27,892 nt of DNA from a virus. Lineage: Duplodnaviria; Caudoviricetes. Position numbers and translations under genes: made by a program. The notes beneath the pieces were generated by a model. The model saw only the letters and a program-made list of their open reading frames with translations. It ran no database searches and was not told the origin of the DNA. The stretch lies in the IMG/VR virus record IMGVR_UViG_3300017707_001164, positions 1 through 27,892 of that record; one strand, given 5' to 3'. This document shows, one piece after another, positions 17,234 through 26,420 of this stretch (its first letter is position 1; each line of letters opens with the position of its first letter).

Positions 17234-18763
17234 ATGGCGTTCCAAGGTTTTACAATGCCACCCCCTTATGCGGGGTTGGACTTAGTTAGCCCCATTGATA
17301 ACATGGAGCCGCAGTACGCCTTGGAACTGACAAATATATTTCCAGGAGCAGGCGCTCCTACAGTTAGAAATGGCTATACACAGTTTGCCTCGATAGGCTC
17401 TGCACCAGCTATTAAGCTATTAGCACCATTAAACTTACTTAACGGCACTAGCCAACTAATAGCTTGCACTAATAGCAAAATCTATTCCGTTTCAGAGGGG
17501 GGTGCAATTACTGATGTTACGGGAACTACTACGCCATCGACTGGAGATTGGCAGACGGTAGTTTACGGTAACAGAATGTACTTATGTAATGGTACAGATA
17601 ACGCTCAAGTATTTAATGGCACTACCTGCTCTGATGTTACCTTTACCGGCGTAGCTAAATCGTCGCTAATTAACGTAACTGCACACAAAGAGCGGTTATA
17701 CTTTATAGAGGCTAATACCCTAAAGATTTGGTATGGTGGATTACAAGTTACTGGCACAGGTGGCACTCCTGCTCTTACTTCTTTCGATTTGCAATATGTT
17801 TGCACTAGAGGCGGTTATCTGGTTGGTATCGGTAGCTTTACGAATAGCGCCAATTTAGCTACCCAAGAATATTTTTGGGCGTGTACCTCTGAAGGGGAGA
17901 TAGTCTTTTATAGCGGTACTTACGCTGGAGACCCTGGGACTTGGGGCATAGTCGCAAGATACTATATCGGCAGACCGCTAGGTTATAGAGCTTTTGTTAG
18001 GGTTAATAATGATATTTGGGTAATTACAGAGCAGGGCATTGTTCCAATATCTGGATTATTTCAATCAGACCCAGAAGCGGCACTAAACATAGTCAGCCAA
18101 AAAGTAAACCCGCTAATCAGCCAATACGCCGTTTCTATACCGTTTGACCATCAATGGTCAGGGTTCTTTTGGCCGCAAGGTAGACGAGTTTATATTACAA
18201 TTCCGACAACAGGCGAAGGGTGTAAACTTTTAGTTTATAGCATTGATACTAAAGGCTGGACTGTATTCGAGCTGTTTAATGACAATCATTGTTTGGCAGC
18301 GACATTATTTAAAAAGCTTCCGTTTTACGCTTCCTCTGCTGGCGTAATTTGGCAAGGAGAAACTGGGCAAGCTGATGCTGTAGTTAGTAACGTTGGCCAA
18401 TCTATTATGTTTGCTGGAAGAACTGCATTTAGTTTCTACGGCTCTCGTAGCAACTACAAAGCGTTTAAAGATATTAGACCTATTGTAAAGGTGCGTCGTG
18501 GCGTAACGCTAAGTTTAGGCTTGGATACTGATTTTAAACGACAATCAATAGTATCTACAGTTACTACTACGCCAGGCGTGTTTACTCCTTGGGGTAGTCC
18601 TTGGGGAAGTCCTTGGTCGTCAGATATAGAATATGTTTTTGATAGGTTTGCCGTATCAGGGCAGGGGCATTGTGCGGCAGTTAGATTTGGTGGCTCGATT
18701 AAGAATACAAGTATGCAAATTTTAGGCTTTGAGATACGCTATGATGTAGGGGGACAAGTATAA
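17234..18763 (+). CDS. Tail nozzle / tail tubular protein B (P22 gp10-like DNA stabilisation protein)
   Basis: 509 aa all-beta propeller-like protein. Begins PPPYAGL...N.FP...VRNGY and contains RMYLCNG, HKERLYF and a Trp repeat near the C-terminus. Confidence 0.82.
   Translation: MAFQGFTMPPPYAGLDLVSPIDNMEPQYALELTNIFPGAGAPTVRNGYTQFASIGSAPAIKLLAPLNLLNGTSQLIACTNSKIYSVSEGGAITDVTGTTTPSTGDWQTVVYGNRMYLCNGTDNAQVFNGTTCSDVTFTGVAKSSLINVTAHKERLYFIEANTLKIWYGGLQVTGTGGTPALTSFDLQYVCTRGGYLVGIGSFTNSANLATQEYFWACTSEGEIVFYSGTYAGDPGTWGIVARYYIGRPLGYRAFVRVNNDIWVITEQGIVPISGLFQSDPEAALNIVSQKVNPLISQYAVSIPFDHQWSGFFWPQGRRVYITIPTTGEGCKLLVYSIDTKGWTVFELFNDNHCLAATLFKKLPFYASSAGVIWQGETGQADAVVSNVGQSIMFAGRTAFSFYGSRSNYKAFKDIRPIVKVRRGVTLSLGLDTDFKRQSIVSTVTTTPGVFTPWGSPWGSPWSSDIEYVFDRFAVSGQGHCAAVRFGGSIKNTSMQILGFEIRYDVGGQV
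18587..18622 (+). repeat. Three degenerate 12-bp tandem units encoding PWGS-PWGS-PWSS
   Basis: CCTTGGGGTAGT CCTTGGGGAAGT CCTTGGTCGTCA, in frame in the nozzle gene. Confidence 0.8.
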
Positions 18764-18765
18764 TT

Positions 18766-19662
18766 ATGGCTAGAAAAACCGCACTTAAAACTGCACCAAA
18801 CAGCAAACCAGGTAACAATCCTGATAGTCAAAACGTGCCTACTAGAGCTGGAAATAAAGCTATCTATGACACAATGTCTCCCGAAGAGCAGGCTAAATAT
18901 AGAAAGATTAGAGCTGAAAAAGGTGGACGTACCGCACTAAACTTTCTCAATAGATTTAAACCCACAACGCCAGCAGCGCCAACTCCAGCATCAACTACTG
19001 AAGCAGGCTTTATGGGCGCAGGCGAGGCTTACCAGGATATGGTTAAGCGGTTTCAAGGCGAGCAATATCAACCTAACTTTGAAGCAGAGATGGAGCGTTC
19101 CAGGCAGAACGTAATGCAGCAGTTTGAGCGCCGTAACGCTGAAGAGTTTGGTCGTCAGCAGGTAGATGTACAGCGACAGATTGCAGAGCGTGGCTTAGAC
19201 CCTAACTCAGAAGCAGCACAAGGGTTATACAAGCAGCTAAATCAACGTCAGGACTTAGCTAGGCAAGAGGCTATGAGCGCAGCAGAGCAGGCAGCTTATG
19301 GTGTACAGCAACAGCAATTTACTCAAGCTGATACCCTAGCTATGCGACCTTATGAGCAGCTAGGAGCATTATTACCGCCATATATGGCAGGTGTAGGTGC
19401 TCAGTATCAAAATCAACAACTACAACAGCAGCAGGGTTGGGAAGCCAAACAGGCCGAGCTTGAAAGACAAAATAGGTTACAGATAGCAAGAATGTCTCAA
19501 GGTGGGGGAGGGCCACAGGGGCCAAACTTGTATGAAAGGCTACAGGCAGAACAGCTTTCAAAGGGATACAATCAACAGCCACAACAAAATCCTTTTGCTA
19601 ACGTAGGCCACGGCATAGTCGCTGGAGCAACTAAACAAATAACTAATTGGGCGTCAAAGTAA
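18766..19662 (+). CDS. DNA ejection (pilot-type) internal virion protein
   Basis: 298 aa, Q-rich helical, with RQIAERGLDPNSEA. Follows the nozzle, the usual position of ejection genes. Confidence 0.65.
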   Translation: MARKTALKTAPNSKPGNNPDSQNVPTRAGNKAIYDTMSPEEQAKYRKIRAEKGGRTALNFLNRFKPTTPAAPTPASTTEAGFMGAGEAYQDMVKRFQGEQYQPNFEAEMERSRQNVMQQFERRNAEEFGRQQVDVQRQIAERGLDPNSEAAQGLYKQLNQRQDLARQEAMSAAEQAAYGVQQQQFTQADTLAMRPYEQLGALLPPYMAGVGAQYQNQQLQQQQGWEAKQAELERQNRLQIARMSQGGGGPQGPNLYERLQAEQLSKGYNQQPQQNPFANVGHGIVAGATKQITNWASK

Positions 19663-19663
19663 C

Positions 19664-20968
19664 ATGGCAATATTAGAAGAGGCATTACAAGGCTTAAACT
19701 ACACTGGTGCTGATACTGGGTACGGTATTGCTGCAAAAACACTAGGCGAGGTAGCTCCTACCCTAATTAACCCTTATGGTTCAACAGGGCAGGCCGTCGG
19801 CATAGGTTTAGGTTCAATATTGCTTCAATCGCTATTAGGCTATCAAGCTAGGCAGGAGGCCGCTAGAAGTACGCTAGAGCTTAATACGCTGGCTAATACA
19901 ATGCAGGGGCTTACCACGCCACAAGCTCGCACTGATTTTATTGGTGGCGTATCCGACCCGATGTATCAGTCTAGGCTTTCTACGTTAGCTACTGCATTAA
20001 CTCAGCAGGATACTCAAAGAAAACTAAAGCAAGCTGAAAAGTTAGCCGATTTAACTAGTGCAGCAGAATTTGAAATTAGTCCATTAGCTGAACAAGTAGC
20101 AGCGGCAAAAGCTACTAGAGAAGTAGATGCAAAGCGCAAACTTATCCAAGCACTAGTCCCTAGTGGCTCTGTTAGCACTGCTGGTGCAGAAGGTGCTCCA
20201 ATGCCAGGCGCTACAGAAATGCAATCCAAACGAGATGCTTTAATCACTCGTGGTATTGCTATGGGGATGACCCCCAATGCAGCGTTAGAGTATGCAGAAA
20301 AAAATACTAAGTTTGAATCTGGCATAACTAAAGAAGCTCAAAAGAAAATAGAAACATCACGCTCAAGAGGTGTAAACCTAGAAGAAATTGCGGCTACAGC
20401 TAGAGCGGGAATGGAAGGGGCTGGCATGACGGGTGGGCTACTTGGTGGGCCAAGAGATTTAGCATCCAGAGCATTGGCAATTGTTAGTCCTCAAGAACAA
20501 GAAAAACAAGATTTTCAAAAAGTTCTTGATAGCGTTAGGCCTCGTATAGTGCAAATTTTGCGTTCGCCTGGAGCGGTAACAGAATTTGAAAATAAATTGC
20601 TAATAGGATCTGGGCCTAGTTCTGCCAATACTCCTACAGAAAATGCCCGCATTATTGCTGGCATGGAAACAATAGCGCAATTAGAGCAAGACTATGCCGA
20701 TTTCTTGGAGACCTTTGTAACTCAAAAAGGTAGCTCGCTAGGCGCTGATGCTGCTTGGAGACAGTACAAGAGTGAGCAAGTATTCCCTGCTGGAACCTTT
20801 AACCCACAAAGGCAAGATTGGCAGTCTTGGATGGCCGAAAAAGGTGGCATGGCTGGGGTTAGTGCTATTAGTGAAATGGCTCAAGGTGCTGGGTCTGACG
20901 TAGAAGCTCAAAAAGAAGAACTTCGTCGACAAATTGCAGAAATAAAAGCTAAATTAGGGCGCAGGTAA
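19664..20968 (+). CDS. Internal virion / ejection protein
   Basis: 434 aa, A/Q-rich helical with an N-terminal hydrophobic GIGLG segment and PGAVTEFE motif. TAATG coupling to the next gene. Confidence 0.65.
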   Translation: MAILEEALQGLNYTGADTGYGIAAKTLGEVAPTLINPYGSTGQAVGIGLGSILLQSLLGYQARQEAARSTLELNTLANTMQGLTTPQARTDFIGGVSDPMYQSRLSTLATALTQQDTQRKLKQAEKLADLTSAAEFEISPLAEQVAAAKATREVDAKRKLIQALVPSGSVSTAGAEGAPMPGATEMQSKRDALITRGIAMGMTPNAALEYAEKNTKFESGITKEAQKKIETSRSRGVNLEEIAATARAGMEGAGMTGGLLGGPRDLASRALAIVSPQEQEKQDFQKVLDSVRPRIVQILRSPGAVTEFENKLLIGSGPSSANTPTENARIIAGMETIAQLEQDYADFLETFVTQKGSSLGADAAWRQYKSEQVFPAGTFNPQRQDWQSWMAEKGGMAGVSAISEMAQGAGSDVEAQKEELRRQIAEIKAKLGRR

Positions 20969-23900
20969 TGGATCCAGAGTTGCAAGCATTACAAGCTGAA
21001 CTTGCTGCATTACAAAATGCAATGAACGAATCTGCTGTAGCGCCTACGGCAACAGAACCTACTGGTTATGGATTGCGTCAGCTTGCATTTGATATTCCTA
21101 CTGGCGTTGCTAAGGCTGGTGCTGGATTGGCTGATGTATTGTCATATCCTGTAGTAAAAGGGCTAGAGTACGCTGGGGCTCCTGTAGAAACATTTGGCTT
21201 GTCAAAATTAGTTGGATTAGGCGCTGAAAATGTAGCATCACGATACGGATTGCGACCAGAAACAGAAGCGCAGGAACTAATTAGCTTTCTTACCCCATCG
21301 CCTTTGTCTAAAGCTAAGTTGCTTGGTCAGGCTGTTACAGGATTAGCTGCATACCTTGGTAGCGAAGCAGCTCAAAAAGCCATGCCAGAGTCGCCTTATG
21401 CTGGATTAGTAGGGGCATTAGCTGGGCCAGGAGCAGCAAGCACAACCGCAAAATTAGCAAAAGGAGTTGTTAATAAAGTTGCTCCAACAGTAGGTTTAAT
21501 AGCCGGAAGTGATGAGGCATTGCGTAATGCAGCACAAGCAGAAGTATTAGCTGCCGCCGGAGAAGAAGGTGCTGCTCGTCTGAAATTAGCGCAAAGTTTA
21601 TCAAGTCTTAGCGAAAGCACTGGTGGCGTTCCATTAACTGCTACTGAAATAGTTCAATCTCCAAGCCTAGCTAAATATCAACAAGTAATAAGACAAACTC
21701 AGGAAGGCGGAAACATCCTTACCCCTGCAATAGAGGCTAGACAATCAGAATTGGCTGCCGCATTGGGTAGATTTGGCATAGAACCACAACAGGGAGATTT
21801 TGCATTAGCATTACGGGAAACGGCTGAGCAAGCAGCAACAAGTAAAGCAGCAAAAGAAGTTAGCATGTTAGAAACGCTTGGCTTAACAGAGCAAATAAAA
21901 GCGGCAACTCCAACAGAGCGAAGTAAGTTATTGCGTGATGCAATAACGGAAAGAAAAGATGTGGCAGATGATTTGGCCGAACAAGCCTGGTTAGCTTTGC
22001 CTGGTGATACAAAATTAGATATTAGCGCTCCGCTTAAAGCGGCCATTGATGACTTTGCTAATTTTGGGGAATTGGCAAAAGCCGATATTGGCGAAAAGGC
22101 GAAAAGAGTAATTCGCAAAGTAGAAGACGTTTTTGAAAAACAGAATGGGGTTGCAACAGTCGATGAATTGCAAGATATCCGCTCTGCCGCTGGAAGGGCG
22201 ATGGTAGAAGCTAGCGGAATCAACTCTCGTCAAGCAAAGTTGATGGCAACACTACGAGAGAATCTTGATACAGCAGGAATTAAGTATTTTTATGATCAAG
22301 CAAGTGGCGTTAGAGGTGGACTACCAGGAACCGCATCAACGGCCACTGACTTAAATGCTATTGAAAAATTAAGTAATGCCATAGAAAAAACTAGAGAAAG
22401 CAAGCAATTATTTTCTGAGGGCGTTGTAGGAGAAATCACTGCCATTCGTCAATTGAAACCGAAACTAGCAACCAGTAAGGTAATTGATAGAGCAGTGGCC
22501 AATCCAGAAAACGCAGAAGAAATACTAAGCAAGTTTGGCAAAGATTCAGTTGAGGCGACAACTGTAAGAACTGAATTGCTTTCTCGAATAGATGCAGCAA
22601 AAAACCCAACTGATTTTATAGGCAAAAATAAACAAGTATTAAAAACAGTATTTGGCGGTGAATATGACACGTTAGTCAAATACGCTCAGAGTAAAGGGCG
22701 TGGGGCTCCGCTTGAAGAGTTTACGAAGGTAACGGATACGGCAATACCTAACAAAATATTTGCAGATACGGCACAAGCTAAAAAGTTTACTGCTGCATTC
22801 AAGGATACAGAACTGTTTCAATATGCTAGGTCTAAGTTTATCAATACGAAACTTACCAAATCTGGCGACCCGTTAGAGAATTTAGCTAAAAACAAGAAAA
22901 TTGCAGAAATATATTTTCCTAATGATTTATCCGATTTAGAGGTTGTGCTGAAAGATATGCAACTTGCTAAAAGCCCGCAGCAATTAGCTGCTGGTGCGAC
23001 TAAAGGCCAATCATGGACCAGTCAAATGACTACTACTCTTGGCGCTATTATGAGCGCAAGAGGATTAGTTGGTGCCATGAAGAAAGGAACGGTTACTGGA
23101 GGAATTGTTGGGCTTGGAGGTGGGCCAATATTTTCTGCTGCCGGAGCAGTAGGAGGATATATTTTATCTCGCATAGGTAATGCTAGAGAATCGCAATTAA
23201 ATGAGTTGGCAGCTCAGTTTCTTGCAAATCCATCATTACTTAAGTTTGCAAAAGCTCCGCCAACACAACAAAACGTAAAGACTTTGCTAGATCGTGCCAC
23301 GTCTTTAATGAGCAAAGAAGAATTTGCCGCAGCGCAGCCGTTTGTTCATGGAACAGATGAGGCTGGAATAAAAGCCATTGAGGGCTACGGCGGTTTTATA
23401 CCAAAAACTATAAGATATTCAGTATTGGGGCCAGGTACTATTTATGCAGCAGAAAGAAATACTTGGTGGTTTGACCCTAAAAAAACTGCTGAAGGAAGAA
23501 TGTGGTCTTTGGATAAGCAAGTGCCAGTTTATTTAAAGCCTGAAGCAAAGATTGTAAATGTAGACACATATAAAGATTTTGACAAAATTGCCAAAAAAAT
23601 TGGCATGACCGGTGATGATCTTGCCTTCAAATTATACTTTGAAGCAGATGCGCCTGAATTGTTGAAAGCGGCGTTAAAAGTAAAAAACGATTTAGTAAAA
23701 GCTGGTGTAGATGCAATTAATTTAAGAGAAAATCAAACCTGGCTTAAACAAAAAATAAAAACATTTGCAAACAAACAAGCTGGAGATGCTGCATTGCGAT
23801 CTATTAGAAAAACCGGCAAAGGTATAATGCAAGAAGGCACTAGTAAATTAGAAAAACGTATATACAATATAGCGTCAAATATAGAAGCACGAGCGACTCC

Positions 23901-24672
23901 ATTTTCCAATGACTTTGGTGGGCCACAATTAGCTATTTTAAATCCTAAAATTGCCGAACCGGCAAATATGGCTTATGAGCGATTGCTAAAAGAAAACCCT
24001 CAAGCTCTTGCGAAAATAACACCAGAAGAATTTAGAATAATTCCAGAAGCAACCAAAGAAAAACTATTACGCTCTGGATATATTTCTTCTAAAGTAGCTC
24101 AAGAATCTGCTGTAGAGCCTTCGGTGCCAGAATCCATTAAGCCAGAAACTACTTCTACTGCAATAATAGAATCAGATCCAGAATTAGCTGACCTTCAAGC
24201 TGAGCTAAAATCTTTGCAGCAAATGACGCAAGAGATTGAGCCAAAAGAATCAGTTAAAATAGGCAAGCAAAACATTAGCATCCCTACGGGTGAAGAGTAT
24301 GCGCCACCTGCGCTAGTTAAAGCTGTTATGCAGGTAGAGTCAGGAGGCAAGGCTAATGCTGTTAGTCCTAAAGGGGCTACAGGCTTAATGCAGCTTATGC
24401 CTGCTACAGCTAAAGAGTTAGGCGTAAATGCTAAGAACCCTGAACAAAACGTAGAAGGTGGTAGCAGGTATTTGCAGCGAATGATAAATAAGTATGATAG
24501 CCAAGAGATTGCACTAGCTGCGTATAACTGGGGACCAGGTAATATCGATAGGGCTATTAGAAAGGTTAGAGCTGCTGGCAAAAGGGTAACTTGGTCTAAC
24601 ATTCTTAATGAAGTAAGGGTGCCTCAGGAAACTAGGCAATATGTATCAAAGGTAACTAATTTAGTGGCATAG
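20968..24672 (+). CDS. Large internal virion (ejection) protein with putative ADP-ribosyltransferase domain and C-terminal SLT lytic transglycosylase
   Basis: 1234 aa. SLT motifs AVMQVESGG, SPKGATGLMQLMP, ALAAYNWGPG and ETRQYV at ~24304-24660 are clear. ART-like motifs at ~23340-23950 are less certain. Confidence 0.85.
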   Translation: MDPELQALQAELAALQNAMNESAVAPTATEPTGYGLRQLAFDIPTGVAKAGAGLADVLSYPVVKGLEYAGAPVETFGLSKLVGLGAENVASRYGLRPETEAQELISFLTPSPLSKAKLLGQAVTGLAAYLGSEAAQKAMPESPYAGLVGALAGPGAASTTAKLAKGVVNKVAPTVGLIAGSDEALRNAAQAEVLAAAGEEGAARLKLAQSLSSLSESTGGVPLTATEIVQSPSLAKYQQVIRQTQEGGNILTPAIEARQSELAAALGRFGIEPQQGDFALALRETAEQAATSKAAKEVSMLETLGLTEQIKAATPTERSKLLRDAITERKDVADDLAEQAWLALPGDTKLDISAPLKAAIDDFANFGELAKADIGEKAKRVIRKVEDVFEKQNGVATVDELQDIRSAAGRAMVEASGINSRQAKLMATLRENLDTAGIKYFYDQASGVRGGLPGTASTATDLNAIEKLSNAIEKTRESKQLFSEGVVGEITAIRQLKPKLATSKVIDRAVANPENAEEILSKFGKDSVEATTVRTELLSRIDAAKNPTDFIGKNKQVLKTVFGGEYDTLVKYAQSKGRGAPLEEFTKVTDTAIPNKIFADTAQAKKFTAAFKDTELFQYARSKFINTKLTKSGDPLENLAKNKKIAEIYFPNDLSDLEVVLKDMQLAKSPQQLAAGATKGQSWTSQMTTTLGAIMSARGLVGAMKKGTVTGGIVGLGGGPIFSAAGAVGGYILSRIGNARESQLNELAAQFLANPSLLKFAKAPPTQQNVKTLLDRATSLMSKEEFAAAQPFVHGTDEAGIKAIEGYGGFIPKTIRYSVLGPGTIYAAERNTWWFDPKKTAEGRMWSLDKQVPVYLKPEAKIVNVDTYKDFDKIAKKIGMTGDDLAFKLYFEADAPELLKAALKVKNDLVKAGVDAINLRENQTWLKQKIKTFANKQAGDAALRSIRKTGKGIMQEGTSKLEKRIYNIASNIEARATPFSNDFGGPQLAILNPKIAEPANMAYERLLKENPQALAKITPEEFRIIPEATKEKLLRSGYISSKVAQESAVEPSVPESIKPETTSTAIIESDPELADLQAELKSLQQMTQEIEPKESVKIGKQNISIPTGEEYAPPALVKAVMQVESGGKANAVSPKGATGLMQLMPATAKELGVNAKNPEQNVEGGSRYLQRMINKYDSQEIALAAYNWGPGNIDRAIRKVRAAGKRVTWSNILNEVRVPQETRQYVSKVTNLVA

Positions 24673-24679
24673 GAGACTT

Positions 24680-25768
24680 ATGGCTTGGGCAGGAGGAAAC
24701 TTTACACGAGTATACGGCACTACTGGCTGGACTAATGATGCCAGTTCAGGAACAGGCATAGAGCCTGGTCGCCATGATACACAAGATAACGATCTAGCTG
24801 ATGGTATTACTGCTTGCATCAATAAGGACGGCTCTAATGCTATGACAGGTAATCTTAACCTGGGCAATAATAGGCCAATAAATATTAATGCAGGGACCGC
24901 AGCAGCTCCAGCCGTATGCGTTGGTGGAGATACTAATACAGGTATATTTGGTCCTGCGGCTGATACTTGGGCTGTTGCCGCTAATGGAGCTGAGGTTGCA
25001 AGAATAACTACTACAGGCTTGGGGGTGCAAACTACTCCAAGCGTAGCGCTACATACCATTGGAAACACAACTTTTAGAGGTACTGCAAATATTGCGGCTG
25101 CGTTTCAAGCTGCTACTGGAGCTACTAACGATGCTTGCTTGATGATTGGTTCGACAAACGGCAACACTCCGTTTATTGAGGCGAGCAAATTAAATGGGGG
25201 TGCTGGTAGCGCAACTAGTTTACATATTAAAACAGACAATACAACAAGAGTTACTGTTAACGCTACTGGAGAGGTTGGAATTGGGACAAGCTCTATAGGC
25301 GGCAATTTAGATGTGCGTACCCCTTACGCAGATGCGGATGATTTTGTTGTTGGAGTAAATTTAAGCCCTGGGAATTATTATTTTAAAAGTAAGTTAATAG
25401 GCAGGCATACTACTAGCGGCGGCACTGCGGTTGTCATTGATGCTGGGCATATTGTCCAAAAACAAACATCCTCCTTAAAATACAAAACAGATGTGCAGGA
25501 TTACCCAAAAGGGTTGGCGACAGTAAAGCAATTAAGGCCAGTGCAATATAAAGGCATTAACGATGGCGATAAGATATTTGCTGGGCTTATAGCTGAAGAG
25601 GTGCACGAGGCAGGATTAACAGAATTTGTTGTCTACGATTCAAACAATGAGCCTGAAGCATTAGCCTATGGCAATATGGTAGCCCTAGCTTTTAAGGCTA
25701 TTCAGGAGCTAAGTGCTAAAGTTGAAGCATTAGAAGCACAGTTAGCTTTAATAACGGAAGCGCCATGA
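24680..25768 (+). CDS. Tail fibre with C-terminal intramolecular chaperone (Peptidase S74)
   Basis: 362 aa with SD AGGAG. N-terminal anchor (DLADGITACINKDG), fibre repeats (GEVGIGT) and an S74 domain from 25469 (SSLKYK...GLIAEEV...KAIQELSAKVEALE). Confidence 0.9.
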   Translation: MAWAGGNFTRVYGTTGWTNDASSGTGIEPGRHDTQDNDLADGITACINKDGSNAMTGNLNLGNNRPININAGTAAAPAVCVGGDTNTGIFGPAADTWAVAANGAEVARITTTGLGVQTTPSVALHTIGNTTFRGTANIAAAFQAATGATNDACLMIGSTNGNTPFIEASKLNGGAGSATSLHIKTDNTTRVTVNATGEVGIGTSSIGGNLDVRTPYADADDFVVGVNLSPGNYYFKSKLIGRHTTSGGTAVVIDAGHIVQKQTSSLKYKTDVQDYPKGLATVKQLRPVQYKGINDGDKIFAGLIAEEVHEAGLTEFVVYDSNNEPEALAYGNMVALAFKAIQELSAKVEALEAQLALITEAP

Positions 25769-26181
25769 AGTTAAGACTTGTCAGAATATCCGAGTATAAC
25801 GGGGCAACGTTAGGTGTGCTGTGCGTTAATGACATGCCTGAGTTTGTCACGCTAGAGGATGCCTGGCGAGATAATGAGAGGATGATAAGTTGCATTCCCG
25901 TGGGTAGGTATAAGGTTAGGCCAAGGAATAGCCCTAAGTTTGGTCAGACCTGGCAGGTTATAGACGTGCCAGAGCGGGACCATATCCTATTTCATGCTGG
26001 TAATACGCATAAGGATACGAATGGGTGTATCTTACTTGGGATGCAGTTTGGTAAGATTGGAGACGAATCGGCCATCTTAGCTAGTAGGTCAGCGTTTAAT
26101 CGCTTTAAGGACCTAATGGCGGGTGCTCCCGAAGCAGAGCTAATTGTTATTGATGCTTACGGAGGAGGCCGAGTCCATTAA
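25765..26181 (+). CDS. DUF5675-family protein; putative endolysin
   Basis: 138 aa with TLG.L, TLE, SCIP.G.Y, SPKFG, VP.R..ILFH.GN and T.GCILLG, the DUF5675 pattern with a His/Cys pair. First gene of the lysis-like cassette. Confidence 0.8.
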   Translation: MKLRLVRISEYNGATLGVLCVNDMPEFVTLEDAWRDNERMISCIPVGRYKVRPRNSPKFGQTWQVIDVPERDHILFHAGNTHKDTNGCILLGMQFGKIGDESAILASRSAFNRFKDLMAGAPEAELIVIDAYGGGRVH

Positions 26182-26420
26182 TGTCAGGTGATATTACAGA
26201 GCTTAAATATTGGCTGGATATTATCATTAAAGCCGCTATTGGTGTGTTGATATCCATTATTGGCCTAGACTACAAGGCGGTTAAGAATAGCCTGCACGAG
26301 CTAGAAACGCATAAATATACCGTAACTGCGGAGGTGCAAGTGATACAAACGGAGCTAGCCTATATTAAGGGTCGCTTGGATAAGATTGATGCCAAGCTAG
26401 ATAGGGCACTAGACAGATGA
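26181..26420 (+). CDS. Small membrane protein (one TM plus coiled coil); holin/antiholin-like
   Basis: 79 aa. Hydrophobic IIIKAAIGVLISIIGL followed by heptads ending IKGRLDKIDAKLD. Confidence 0.55.
   Translation: MSGDITELKYWLDIIIKAAIGVLISIIGLDYKAVKNSLHELETHKYTVTAEVQVIQTELAYIKGRLDKIDAKLDRALDR

Noticed and set aside
18587-18622. PWGS tandem repeat as a CRISPR-like or contingency repeat
   Set aside because: No spacers, in frame and degenerate at the DNA level. Trp-spaced repeats near the C-terminus are ordinary for this nozzle type.
18766-18798. MARKTALKTAP resembles the histone H3 tail (ARKS/ARKSAP)
   Set aside because: Short low-complexity match in a bacteriophage context, better explained by the leader shared with 16640..17230.
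339-25305. Numerous 60-174 aa alternative-frame and antisense ORFs in the track (e.g. 339..611, 7667..7906, 12728..13030, 21699..22223, 24195..24602, 24661..25068)
   Set aside because: They lie within or across well-supported genes and show no recognisable motifs. Most are the shadow frames expected from codon bias of Ala/Gly/Thr-rich proteins.
4176-25768. Diversity-generating retroelement or invertible fibre cassette
   Set aside because: No reverse transcriptase, invertase, or template/variable repeat pair was seen by eye. A self dot-plot would be needed to exclude this fully.
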